This document shows, piece after piece, positions 26,541-39,837 of a stretch of DNA of 64,000 nucleotides. Each line of letters begins with the position of its first letter. Positions within the stretch are counted from its first letter, which is position 1. Under the pieces are notes generated by a model. It did not search any database. It worked only from the letters and a program-made list of their open reading frames with translations, and had not been told where the DNA came from. Both the position numbers and the translations under genes were made by a program. The stretch comes from Cycas panzhihuaensis (taxonomy: Eukaryota; Plantae; Cycadophyta), in assembly GCA_023213395.1 (NCBI GenBank), contig CM041465.1, positions 190,533,741-190,597,740 on the forward strand, written 5' to 3'.

Positions 26541-28358
26541 ATACTAATGATCGTTACATCCAACAGGTAACTTAAGAAATCTAAAGATAAATTTGAATGG
26601 AAAAATAATATCCTATGATATAAAGCATGGATATTCTTGTTGGTGTGACCATCATTACTAGCTAAGGTCTTAGAAGAAGGATACATAGTCTCATTAGTAG
26701 GATGTGAAGGATTCTTTAGAATATATCTAAGAGTCAAACAATCATTCTTTTGGAAAGGAATAAGGAGGGATATTCAAGAGTATATGATGAAAAGCCCTAT
26801 GTGTCTACTATAATATTTACTTATTCTTTAATAAGAATGAAAATGTATTACCATGGATTTTGTGATAGGACTACCTAAGTCAGAGGGAAGAGATGGAATA
26901 TATATGGGAGTATACCATCTAGCAAAGTTCACCCACTTATACTAATTTAATACGCATGTACAACTCTAAAATTTCTAGAAATATTTATTAAAGAAATGCA
27001 TAGATTTCATGGCCAACTGGGCCTATTATCAATGACTAAGATCTAAAGTTTATTAGTCACTTCTAGTAAGATCTATTTCAATAGGTTGGTATGAAATTAT
27101 CATTAAGCACCAATTACCATCTTAAGATAAATGAACAAATTAAGGTAATTAATAAATGCTTGAAAAAGTTATTTAATGTGTTATGTGACTAATAAGCAAA
27201 ATTTATAGCCAAAATTACTACACCTAGCTAAAGATTAGTACAATTCCTCTTATCACTTATCTATAAAAATATTCTCATTCTAAATGTTATAAGGCTATAA
27301 GCTAAATTGATTAAAAGTCTAAGTAGTTAAGTATTGTGGGGTCTTAGTAGTGATATATTGCATTCAAGAAACATGAGATATAATTTAGATCTTAAAGGAA
27401 CAGTTGAAGGAGGTAAGGAATTAGATGAAGTAGCAATCTAATAAGCATTACAAGGAGAGAGAATGTATCATTGGAGAGTAGACTTATATTAAACTATAAC
27501 CTTAGAAATAGTCCTTCTTAAAAGGTTCTTGAAAAGAAAAGTTAAGCCCCAGTTCTATGGGCCATATATAGTGCAGAAAAATATTGGGAAAGTTGCTTAT
27601 ACCCTAAATCTTCCCAATACTTCTAAGATATATAGCATATTCCATGTCTCTTACTTAAAGAAAATAATAGATACCCTTGTTTTATTACAAACAAAATTGT
27701 AACTTCTAAATGAAGAAAGAAAATTAGTTATTATTTTTTAAAACATTATTAAGACCAATGAGAAATAGTTATAACTAAAGACAATACAAGAGCACTTAAT
27801 TAAGTGGAAGAAGTTGCCTCTTGAGGATGTTGTATGGGAATCTACTGATATCCTTATATAATATCTTAAACTATAGACCAAATGTTTTGAAGGGAAAACA
27901 TCATAAGAGAGAGGACTTATTACATAATGTCATTAAGATTTGTAATAAAATACTAATTATTTGAATTAAGTTTGGCAGGAAAGGTTGTGTTATTTAGTGG
28001 CTTGCCCATTAGCTAGTATAAATATTATTCTATATGGACCTATACTCATCCTTTTATGAACTGTCAATCAAACTATTATGGTTCTTTTCTTCCTTCCTAG
28101 CATGTGCAATCCTTAGTTTTCATTACTACTCTATTAGTATATATCTAAGTTTTAAAATTTTCTTATTACATTTCCTAACTATATTTATTAAATCTTGACC
28201 TTGAACATTTCACTAAATTTCCTTTCTTTATTCATCAAATTCAATGTGTTTTAATCTTAAACCTTATAGAATCTATTGCCCACTTCCTAAGTGAAATTTA
28301 TTTTCATTTAATGTGTTTAAATTTTAAAATTTGGATGGTAGGGATTCATTTCAAATCT

Positions 28359-28693
28359 ATGTTATAGGAGTATTATAAATCATATTTGTAATTCATGGGG
28401 AATGTACTAGTTAGTCCTGTCTTAAACTAGGGAAGAACTAGGTTAATTAATGGATGAGGGTATCTTTCATGAACCTAGTTTTATTAGGAGGGAAATTTAA
28501 GGTGACTATATAAATATGTCTTAACCTTTTATAATTTCATGATTTATTGTGAATCTACAAATTAGAGCTCCACTCTTAGAGGGATTTATCCCTATTTGGG
28601 ATTTTAACTTAGCTTTAATACATTTAATTATTTATTTCTAGAACTATAGAAGGAAACCCTTCGCATAGGGTTTCATTCAAGTGATATTAGAGT
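28359..28693 (+). repeat. LTR remnant with decayed PBS
   Basis: TGTTATAGG...GGGTTTCATTCA followed by TGATATTAGAGT (28682-28693), read as decayed TGGTATCAGAGC. Confidence 0.5.
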
Positions 28694-29852
28694 GAAGAAA
28701 ATTTGATTTGTGGTTTTTCATTTATCTTTAGTAGTTGGATATTATCAGAGAGAATTTCTATAAAGGCAAGAAAACCATAAGAGCAATAAACATATCCATA
28801 ACGATAGACCACTATTAGAATAATAGACATATTCATAATGAGCACTTTGATTAATCTTAATTCCTTAATTCATATAACGAACAACCCATGCTACTATTTA
28901 TAGCACTATTAAGAGATTTATAAGATGCATAGATTAATAGGAAATATTTTCATAGATGAAAAGATATTTGCCACTAGTAAATTTAAATATTTGACCATCA
29001 ACATTATTATGACATTCCATAGATGAACATATATCCCAGAAGGTGAAGTTAAAATTGAAATTACTTCATCCAAGTAAGAGATTATAGATGGATATTCAGT
29101 ACTCGTAACTTAAATTCAAATATATTTATTTAGCAAAACTATTACATAACTACATGTTATCAACAAAACCTAATAGTGAGAAATGTGACTAAGGGACCTC
29201 ATGGTTAGTGCAAACTATTGACTTTTATGTGCAAGTTGCTTATGCTTGCCAAAAGAATTGGAAGCCACTTGCACCACTAATGGTATTTGGTGGATAAGGC
29301 CTTTCTTATTTATTTAAGGCCTATCGAATATAGAAGGAGGATTATTATGTATTAAGATCATATATGATAGCCTAGCTTGGTACGTCTTCGATTCTCTTTT
29401 GATGTCCTTATAAGTATTCATCATCTATAATTTTATTTCTCATTGATAATATAGAGAGTCCATTACTTCTATATTATGTCCTATGAGCTATCTAAACTTT
29501 TTAATTTATGAATAATATTAGGGTGATAACATCCTAAATGATATTAGAGCTTAGCTCTCTAATCCATCTATAGTAGTAAGGCATAATCACAAAGAGACGA
29601 TCTAGTAGGAGGAGGAAAAAAATTGAGATTTTTTTTTTTTCTTATGAAAAATATGAAACCCTCTCTTTCTTATCTTATTCATTTGCTATTATTTTATGTT
29701 TGTATATTCTCTCTATGGCATTCTCCCATCAATCACAAAGATTGAGGAAAGACAACAAGCTTTTTTATAGCCTTTTATTTTTCATAGAGACTAGGTAGAT
29801 ACCCTATTCCTAAGGTATCAAAACATCCATATGAAGTTGTTATTCTTGGTTA

Positions 29853-32800
29853 TGTTGAGAATACAAGGTCCCAAACCTTGAACCCCCACAAGATCTAAAC
29901 TATTTTGCAACTAGTTACAGGAATTGAAACTAAGATTTAACATGCAAGTTCTAAAATTGGAGATAATACAATAACATCAATATACAAGCTAAACATCACA
30001 TATGCACATGATATAACATGGTAAAACCCTAACAGTGTGCTAGGAAAACATCCACATAGGAAAAGTATCGATCTTTCTTGCTGTAGAATGGAGAAAAAAT
30101 ACATCTCAGTAGCAGAGTGCTCTCAGGAACAAGAACCAATCGACGCCCTCATCACAGTACATTACATTACATTATAACATAATAAGAAAAGCCCTAAAAC
30201 AGGCTACATGATAGGGACATCCAAGGCATGAATATCAACCATAGAATCTAAGGTACTTATATCGAATGACCCTGATTCTCTTTACATTTTAATAAGGTTT
30301 ACAGGGCTAATTTTTTGGGTCAGGGGCTATCGCCCCTGAACCCCCTCTTAACGGGGGGTGTTCCACCCCCCTTGCACCCGTCAGCAAAGGGGGGCTCCCG
30401 TCCCCCTTGGAACCCCCCGAGAAAGATTAGAGGGAGAAATCACACCGAAACATACCAAAATTTTAGCCTTAAATGATTGTTATCACAATCTCCACCTTGA
30501 CAATAATTTACACAGTACCTTTCCTAGACCCTTCATCATCTTTTCTGTAAGCTAAGAGGAGTCAAACACCATTTGAACTTCTCTACTAGTACTGGTTTTG
30601 TGAATATATCAACATAATTCTGATTGGTGTGAATCTTCTTAAGTGCCACTCCACTTGCTTCCATAACCGGTCTAACAAAATGGTACTTAAGAGCAATATG
30701 TTTTGTTCTACTTTGATAAGTTGGATTCTTGGCTAAGTAAATGACACTTTAACTATCACAAAATACCTTTATATTTTCCTATCTCCTTCCAAGCTCAACT
30801 AATAGACCCTATAACCAGATTGTTTCTTTATAAGCATGTGATGCAGCAACATATTCAGCTTCCGTGGTTGACAGTGTAATTGTGCTTTGTAATTTGGACA
30901 TCCAACTAACTGGACCATTTGTAAAAGTAAAAACATAACCTGAAGTAGACCTTCTATTGTCTAAATCTCCTACAAAGTCTTAATCGACATATCCACAAAC
31001 TTGATTATATGTACCTCTAAAGGTAATGCAGCACTCACTTGTGCCTCTAAAATACTGAAGCACCTATTTTACTGCAGCCCAATGTTCCTTTCCTGGATTT
31101 GCCATAAACCTGCTAACTACACTGACTGCATATGAAATATCAGGTCTTGTACATACTATGGCATACATCAAACTTCCTACTGCACTGGAATAAGGCATAC
31201 GAGACATATAAGCCTTTTCTTCTTCACTACTAGGACCCATATTCAAAGAAAGCTTGAAGTAGGAAGTCAATTGGATACTCGCTGGTTTCACATTTACCAT
31301 ACCAAACCTGGTTAGCACCTTCTCTACATATTTCTGCTATGATAATCATAGCTTATCATTTTTCCTGTCTCTATGTATCTCCATGCCTAAGATTTATTTT
31401 GCAGCTCCTAGATCCTTTATATCAAAAGTCCTAGACAATTAAACCTTTAGCTTATTGATTTCTTCCATGCTCTTGCTTGCAACCAACATGTCATCAACAT
31501 ATAATACTAAGATAATGAATAAGCCATTGTCCATAAATTTAAAGTAAACACAATGATCATACTCACTTCTTTTGAAATTTTAGCTCTCCATGAAGGCATC
31601 AAACTTCTTGTACCACTGCCTGGGAGATTGCTTTAGGCCATATAATGATTTCCTGAGCCTGCAAACAAGTCTTCTCCTGCCATCTTGTAGAAACCCTTCT
31701 GGTTGATCCATATAGATCTCCTCATCTAAATCTCCATGTAGAAAAATTATTTTTACATCTAACTGCTCCAACTCCAAATCAAGAGAAGCTACCAATTCTA
31801 ATAGCACTTGAATTGAAACAAGTTTGATAACTGATGAAAAGATCTCATAAAATTCAATATCTACTTTCTGTGTAAAACCTTTATCCACCAGTCTTACCCT
31901 GTATTTATCAACCTTTCCATCAATATCTATTTTCTTTTTGAAAACCCACTTGCAACCAACAGTCTTCCTGCCATGTGGAAGTTCTAGCAAGTCCCATGAA
32001 TTATTTTTCTTCAAAGCATCTATCTCTTCCTGCATAGCCTTTTTCCACTTCTCACCATGGATATCATCTACTACTTCCTGATAACATGTGGGCTCAACAT
32101 CATTAGAAACCAAAGTAATAGAAATAGAAGGGTTGTACCTGTCAGGTAGATGATTAACTTGTGTAGATCTTTTAATTCTTGGCAGATGAGTGTCCAAAAA
32201 CTCCTGTGAATCTATTGTTGATTCATCTTCAGAATGATCTTCATGGTCTTCTGATTCCATAAATGGTTGTATTTCAAACTTGACTTGTTGATGTTCAACT
32301 TGCTGCTCCTATTTCATTTCAACTTCTCCACTGTCTGATTTTATAAGGGGAGATTCATCAAATATGACATCTCTATTAATGGCGATTTTGTGGGCAGTAG
32401 GCTCCCACAACCTATATCCGTTCACACCATCCTTATCACCATAACCAACAAAGATATATCTCTTGGATTTTGGGTCTAATTTTGAATGTTTACTTTTGTC
32501 AATCCAGGTATAAGCATCATAACCAAAAACTTTTAAATTTGAATAATCACATGGATGTCCAATCCATGCCTCTTGAGGAATCTTGTAATCTATTGCAAGT
32601 GATGGTGACCTATTTACCAGAGAGCAAGTTGTTTGAACAGCTTATGCCTACAAGACCTGCTCCATTCATGCATTACTTAGCATGCTTCTTACTCTTTCCA
32701 AGAATGTCATATTCATGCGCTCAACAATGCCATTTTGCTGCAGAGTATAGTTAGTGGTCTTGTGTTTTTCGATTCCAACTTCTCTACAATAGTTCTCAAA

Positions 32801-35132
32801 TTCTAAAGAGTTGAACTCACCTCCATTATCAGTTCTTAAACATTTGATTGTCTTACCAGTATTATTCTCAACTAGAGCCTTGAACTGCTTAAACACATTA
32901 AACACTTCAAATTTTCTTTTAAAAAAATAGACCCATACCTTCCTAGAGTAATCATTTATAAATGTGACAAAATGCAATGATCCTCCACAAGATATTTTAG
33001 GGGTTGATCCCCATACATCTGAATGTATGTAATCCAGAACGCCTTTACTAGTGTGACTCCCTACTTTAAACCTAAGTCTATACTATTTTCTAAAAACACA
33101 ATGTTTATAGAAAGCCAAGTCTGAAAGCTGCAAGTTAGGAAGTAACTTATGGTTTATCATCACCTTAAGTCCTCTCTCACTCATGTGCCCAAGTCTATGA
33201 TGCCATAACTGAGCTAGATCTTCTACAGTCTTTGATGTTGTAGCTGCTTTGCTGACATCTGTACTTCCCACTAAAATATAAAGATTTCTATTCTTTAAGG
33301 CTTTCATAACAACAAAGGTGCCCTTTGACACCTTTAGGACTTCTTCATAACCTATATGCTTATAACCACTCGAATCTAGTTCACCGAAGGAAATCACATT
33401 CTTTTTCAGATCAGGTATCGAACATATTAATCCTGATGCTATCGATGCCAACAATCTTACAAGAAACTTCATTCCCTATAAGCACATCACCACCATCAAG
33501 AGGTTGGTATGATGAGAACTAACTCTTGTGTGGGCACATGTGGTGCAAAGCACTTGAATCTAACAACCAGTCATGGTGATAATGAGAAACATTACAAGCG
33601 ACCAAGACATCATCATCCATACCTTAATTTGACTCAACCTGATTCGCTTCCTTGACAGGATCTTCTTTTTTTTGGAACTCCTTCCTTTTGTAATAATCCT
33701 TCTTGAGGTGACTGGTCTTATTATAATGCCAACACTTGAGCTTACTCTTTTTGCTCTTTGACTTGGACCTCAATGTATCCCTCGAGTTTTGTCCTCTCTC
33801 AAACATTCTACCCCTTACTGTCATGGCTTTTAGTGTGGAGATTTTAAGACTAGATTTCCTCTACATTTCTTCCATTAGCAAAGCACTCATAATAGAATCA
33901 CAATCCAATACATTTGTAGTGATAAAACTAATTAAGGTGATAATATTATCTCATAATTTAGGTAATGAGCATAACAAGGTAACAACCTTATCCTCATCCT
34001 CAATTTTAACGTCGATACTAGTCAACTAACAAATAAGAGTATTGAAAACATTTGAATGGTTAGCAATTTTTGCACTTTCCTTCATCTGTAATGAGTACAG
34101 TTGCCTCTTCAGGTAGATTTGATTTATTACTGATTTGGTTATATACAAGCCTTCCAATAGGGTCTATAATCCTACTGTTGTCTCCTCCCCTGCGATGTTA
34201 AACAAGACTTCATGTGCCAAGCACAATCATATTGTGCTAAGTGCCTTTTCGTCTAAGTCATCCCAATCATCATCGTCCATCCCTATGGGTTTCTTCGATT
34301 TACCTACAAGGGCTTTGTACAAACCTTGTTATACAAGAATATCGTGCGCTTTTAGCTTCCATAACTCAAAGTTGTTCTTGCCATTGAATTTCTCCACGTC
34401 AAACTTTGCACCTGCTAGTTTCACCATTTGGTGTAGAAAAGCTGACAGCAAAACCTTCATAAACTCACTACAAAATAAAAGTGGCTATGATACCACTTGT
34501 TGAGAATACAACATCCCAAACCTTAAACTGCCACAAGATCTAAACTATTTTGCAACTAGCTACAGGAATCAAAACTAAGATTTAACATGCAAGTTCTAAA
34601 ATTAGAGATAATACAATAATATCAATATACAAGATAAACATCACATCTGCACCCAATATAACATGGTAAAACCCTAGTAGTGTGCTAGGGAAACATCCAC
34701 ATAGGAAAGGTATCAATCTTTAGTGCTGTAGAATGGAGAAACAATACATCTCAAGATGGCAGTGCTCTCGAAACAACAACCGCCACCGCCTCATCACGAT
34801 TACATTACATTACATTACAACATAATAAAAAAAGCCCTAAAATGAGCTACATGAGAGGGACATCCAAGGCATGAATCTCAACCGTAGAATCTAGGGTATT
34901 TGTATCAAAAAACCCTCATTCTCTTTACATTTTAATAAGGTTTACAGGGCTAATTTTTTGGGTCGGGGGCTATCGCCTTTGAACCCCCTTTTAGTAGGGG
35001 GCATTCCACTCCACCCACACCCCCTGTCCAAGGGCTCGCACCTTATGGAACCCCAAGAAAGATTACAGAGGAAATCACACTAAAATATGCCAAAATTTTA
35101 GCCTTAAATGACTGTTATCATAATATCCAACA
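29853..35132 (-). mobile_element. Full-length Ty1/Copia element W (Tnt1/Tork-like); least decayed element in the window
   Basis: LTRs 29853-30487 and 34498-35132. TSD GGTTA at 29848-29852 and 35133-35137. PBS rc at 34484-34495; PPT rc ATCTCCACCTTG at 30488. Confidence 0.95.
30536..34427 (-). pseudogene. Copia gag-pol of element W (interrupted)
   Basis: 'MVKLAGAKFDVEKFNGKNNFELWKLK' start at 34427. Integrase ORF 32666-32977 ('FINDYSRKVWVYF..LRTDNGGEF'); RT ORFs 31580-32260 ('LRKSLYGLKQSPRQWY') and 31064-31318 ('YSSAVGSLMYAIVCTRPDI'); stop at 30536-30538. Confidence 0.95.
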
Positions 35133-38100
35133 GGTTAAGCATACTTCAGTATATGTTAGTATATGAAGTCAAGGAGATTACCTTCTTACACAGGCCCTAA
35201 ATAGCACCTACATATGAAAGTGATCCTCAATATACCTTCAACTATATAGGGGGACCCTTTTATGCTCTTTCCCTTACCCTAAAATAGGAAACCTATTAAC
35301 CACTTAAAAATATGTAGTTCACTATTTAGTAGTTAGTATTAGGAAGATACCCTTCTCAAATACTTTAGCATGGCTATCACAATAATGAGTATAATGATTC
35401 TCTATAGTTGATGCCTTAAGATATTAGGCAAAGCATTAGTAATATTTGAGAAGTTTATTGAAAGGCCTACATACTAGGCAAGCCTTATGTTAAAAGTCTT
35501 CTTAAAAAGTTTATTACCTAAATATTGCTAGTATTGAGATAAACTATTGAAAGAAATTAATAATATATGCCTATAGTTGAAAGGCTAACACAAAGTCATT
35601 ACAATGAAACATTAAAGAGTGTAATATTAAAAGTAAACATTGAACTTTTTCAAATCCCATTACATATTTTTTCCTTACTTAAACCTTTAACTACAAAGTC
35701 TTAAGGTTTTCATAATGAGTTGACAAAAAAAAATTGTCAAGAAGTTTATACCTCCACAAGTTCACTTCTATACTTTGCAAAGTCACTTTTACATAAATTA
35801 ATTTTTTGGACATAAAATATGTACCTAAGATCTAGATAAAAAAAAAAAAGAAAAAGGAAATTTTCATAACTTAAATTTTACCCTTATCCTTCATACATCT
35901 TATTTTATTGAGTGCACCATGTTGATAATTTTCCATTAAGTTAGATTCAGCCCAAAATTTTAGGGAAAAAAAAGGTACACATGTACCTAATGGGTGCATA
36001 GCCTAACGTTTACACTTAAAACTCACCTACATTATCTTTATAAGCTCTTTGTATTCATCTTAATAAACTAAGTGACATTGTTATAAATTTTTGGAGGTTA
36101 ACAGGCTATATATAACTCCCCTCCTCTTTTTCTTTATCATCCTCTAATTCTTTACATGCATTCTATGTTTTTAATCTTATTTTGTTATATTCATTCTTCT
36201 CATATAAATCCCCCTTTCTTAAATTCCCTTTCTCTTTTTAGTAGTTTATATTTGACTATATGATGACTCCTACTCAAACAAATCAACCTTTTGTATTAGA
36301 GACTCATTTAACCATTTTAAATAATGGTGCTATAAATGACATGATTACTAAATCCATTCAATTATCCAATCAACTCAACAATGATATGGCCACCTACTCT
36401 ACTTAGTTATTTAATTAGCTCATGACCAAGATTATAAAGATAACTAATTAGATGCTCAATATAATTACTCAAATTATTAACATCTTATCCTATTCTAACT
36501 TGATGACCATTTCAAACTTAATGAGTGGCCCTCAATCATCTCCACCCTTCCAACTGCATTGATAATTATTTTATCACAAAATAAACATATTAAATTTTTT
36601 ATCTCAATCTCAACAAAGATATTATAAGGAGTTAGATTACTAAGCTTAAAACCTACTTTCATCTTAATCCCATACTGACCAATGACTAATTAATTTATCT
36701 CCATTCATTTAGAAGGTGAGGTACATTATTAGTTCCAATGGTGGTAACTTGTATATCCAGGTAATCAAACATGGGCCTAGTTTTACAAAAGTTTCTATGA
36801 ATAATATCTGGAAACATAGAACTAATCATTCTTTAGTTAGCTTAATCAATTGAAGTAAATAATGTCTATGGAAGTAAACAAAGAAGAATTTAATATTTGT
36901 AGAATCATGTTAGTCGGTCATTGGATCAACAAATAGTCATCAATATGTATGTGTTGGGACTTAATGAGTGCATCCAAATGTACATTAAATATTACCACTA
37001 CTAAATTTAAGACATATTATATCCATGGATAATGTAATTGAGGTCAAATTTGCATTGGAATAGCCTACTTTCCATCATGATTCTACATGGTATAACATCC
37101 TCAACATATAGAATTTTAATTCAGTGATCATATTTAGATGAATCATACTGACCTTTAGTAGAGTACTCGCTAGTAGAGCCTTTGCCAAGTCAAGTTTATG
37201 TACTACCTACAAAAATACATTAATGTAGGGAAGTTGGACTTAGTATCCAAGACTCAAAGAAATAGACTCTTAGCCATAACAGATCCTACAATACTAAGTT
37301 TATGTTATCCTCCATTGACCTTGGCTTGTCCCCTAAAGAAGATTCCAAATCTGACTAAGAACTTGAGGTCTAGAGCTTTCCCCAACACCCAAGCTAGAGA
37401 TATGTATATTTGTTGTCTCTTATCTTGAACCACTATGTATCAAGGGCATCCTTTACAAAACCCCTATCACTATTTTAATCAATGGTTGTGTATCGCTTAA
37501 CTTCATTAATATATCCCTAGCTAAGTATATTGACCTGTATATTGTCTATAAAACTAGATTTACATATTCCCTACTAGGATATCGTACTCTTTATTATATA
37601 GGAACAATAAAAAATTAATACATCCAAATTAATATTCAAATATAATATTAGACAAACACATAAACTTCATGGTATTTAACCTCTACTAATTAAACTTCTT
37701 CCTAAATTAAATTCATAAGTAATTAAATAGTAGTATTGGATATATAGTGGTTATTAATAATATAAAAAGCTCACATTAGCATCTGCCTAACTATACAGCA
37801 TATCCTCATCGAGTACAAGTTTGTCTTCACCCTCTTTATATCCAACCCTCTTCCAGATTATGGTTGTTACCACACCATTTAACTAAAATCTCCTCATGAT
37901 CCAATTACCCTTAGGTCATATTAGAATTCTTATTTTTTTTAAAATCAAATAAAAAAATTTACTAGTAAGCGAATGGAAATGAGGATTGTATAGCCTAATA
38001 AAGGCCTATATATTGCTCTTATTATCCCCATCTATAAAAAGGATGTCTCTTTTTAGCTCTTTATTGATTATTAGGAACTTAATATGATCACCATAAAGAA

Positions 38101-38258
38101 TAAATTCCCAAGCCTAAGGATTGATGATATGCTAGATGAAATCAATGGTGCCACCATATTCTCTAAGTTAAATCTTCAATCAAGCTACTACTAAATCCTT
38201 ATTACCCTTGAAGATAAACATAAGATGGCCTTCTAAACATATCATAGCCATTTTTAAT

Positions 38259-38294
38259 AGGGGAAGGTTGATCCATGACTTCCTATATTTTCTA
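38259..38294 (+). repeat. 36-bp exact copy of 1822-1857 at a rearrangement junction (filler DNA)
   Basis: AGGGGAAGGTTGATCCATGACTTCCTATATTTTCTA occurs at both positions, 36/36 identical. Confidence 0.9.
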
Positions 38295-39558
38295 TGAAAC
38301 ATAACATACCTTTCACCCTAAGTGGCTTGAATTCTATATTGATTGGAAATTTAGTTTGTTCATTTCTTTTCATGTTGTTTTTTTCAAGGTGATTGTTGGG
38401 TATCTTAATAATCACCTATTTATGCAAAACTTGTAAATGATCTACATGGTTCTCATGTCCTACAATCTCTTAGTGAATCCATTGGGTTTAAATACAAGTC
38501 AATGCTCCATTAAAGTGAACATGAACAAATTGAATCTAATCAATTATTTCAATACAATAATTTGGGAATATAATTGTTTAAATTCTTTTTTTTTTAATGA
38601 TATGTACTGAGCATATAGAATCAGATCTTTGTTTGTCAGGGTTTTTCACCCTTTCATCTAATTCTCCCCCATAACCTCCTGTGAGGGTCAAATCTGGGAC
38701 TTTCAATACCGCAGTGTAAATATCTACTGATGCATCATAGTGCCTGACCTCTAATCGTTTGGATTTCAAGATGAAATTTTGCATACTATTCTTAATCAAT
38801 TTGATGTTGATCTTTGAATTTCTTCTTACATTTTAGTTTGTTGCTTTCATGGTAGAATACCTCTAAGGTTAATGCTCAAACAATTGATGCAGTTAGTTTC
38901 AAGTGGGATGGATGTTAAAATCAAATCTTATCAGTTCCTAAGTCATGGATGGATGGTGTTTCAATTTGATTTACCATCTCATGTAAATCATATCCTCAAC
39001 CAAGGAACCTAGTCTTGTCTTAGAAATCTTCTCATTCTTAGAATGTGGTTGAGGATTTTTTAGTTCATGAATGTGTTGTATTAGAATGGCCTATGTGGAT
39101 GGTGTTTTCTTATGTTCTAATATATTTGTAGCTATTTTTTTACAGTCTTGCCATACCTCTTAGTCATTTACATTATAAATTTCCAAAATGTTAATTTAAT
39201 AGCCAACCCCATCTTAAAGTTTATATAGAGATTAACTTAGCCAAATCTATTTTGAAAGAAATCTCCATTTATATTGTATAAAAAATAGTTGTTCAAAAAT
39301 TACAATATCTTAATATATCCAATGCTTACTTTCAATGTCACAAGTTGCATCAATTTGCTAAATCTCATTTATTTATTGCCTTTAAGGTTCAACCTCAAAT
39401 AAACCAAAGAAAAGAGATAGATAAAAGGAAAGTGTTGGATAAACTAAAAAAATGACTTAGCATTTGCAATTTAGACCATATTCTTTGCCCTTCTCCGCAC
39501 TTTCTAATGGTGATATTTCATTGTGCTTTGTTAAAAATACTCCCATTAAGCCTTCCAA
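38295..39558 (+). pseudogene. L1-clade ORF1 relic, copy B (with ~0.5 kb insert at ~38520-39045); continues at 46629
   Basis: Collinear with 9660-10428. Zinc-knuckle-like 'NISNAYFQCHKLHQFAKSH' at ~39312-39368. Confidence 0.8.
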
Positions 39559-39837
39559 TGTTAGTAAACACAATTATGGTTAACTTTATATGAGGTTAAT
39601 AATTCATATCATTTACCCATGAGACATAAAGAGACATAACTATCAAAGTTTTGATGGGATATGATAAGATTCATGACACGTGATGAAGAGTCATAAGACA
39701 TGATGAAGAGGTGTAACCATTGGCTAAATATACCTCTTGGGGCATTATAAATATGAACCCCATATAAGTTATTGGATATTGAATAAAAAATAACAAATAC
39801 AAGTCATATCATATGAGTGTACCAAGAGGTTGTAGGA

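Larger units (their letters stand above)
14453..28136 (+). mobile_element. Decayed Ty3/Gypsy chromovirus (Reina/CRM-like) G2, host of a nested Copia and a solo LTR
   Basis: Homologous LTRs at ~14453-14688 and ~27900-28136. PBS TGGTATCAAAGC at 14691-14702; PPT-like TTTTGAAGGGAAAA at ~27886-27899. RT in ORF 25023-25241 ('GSFRMYVNYQVLNKVIIKNKFSIVRINNLLSEL'), RNase H ~25800-26100, integrase ~26550-27300, chromodomain 'EHLIKWKKLPLEDVVWES' at ~27790-27845. Confidence 0.85.
29342..38258 (+). mobile_element. Truncated Ty3/Gypsy (Reina/CRM-like) relic G3, interrupted by Copia W and cut off inside RT
   Basis: Decayed PBS TGATATTAGAGC at 29539-29550. Gag motif 'ISIHLEGEVHY*FQWW' at ~36700-36745. RT '[33 protein letters not shown]...EDKHKMAF*TYHSHF' at ~38095-38255 ends abruptly. 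Continuity between PBS and gag is inferred. Confidence 0.65.
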
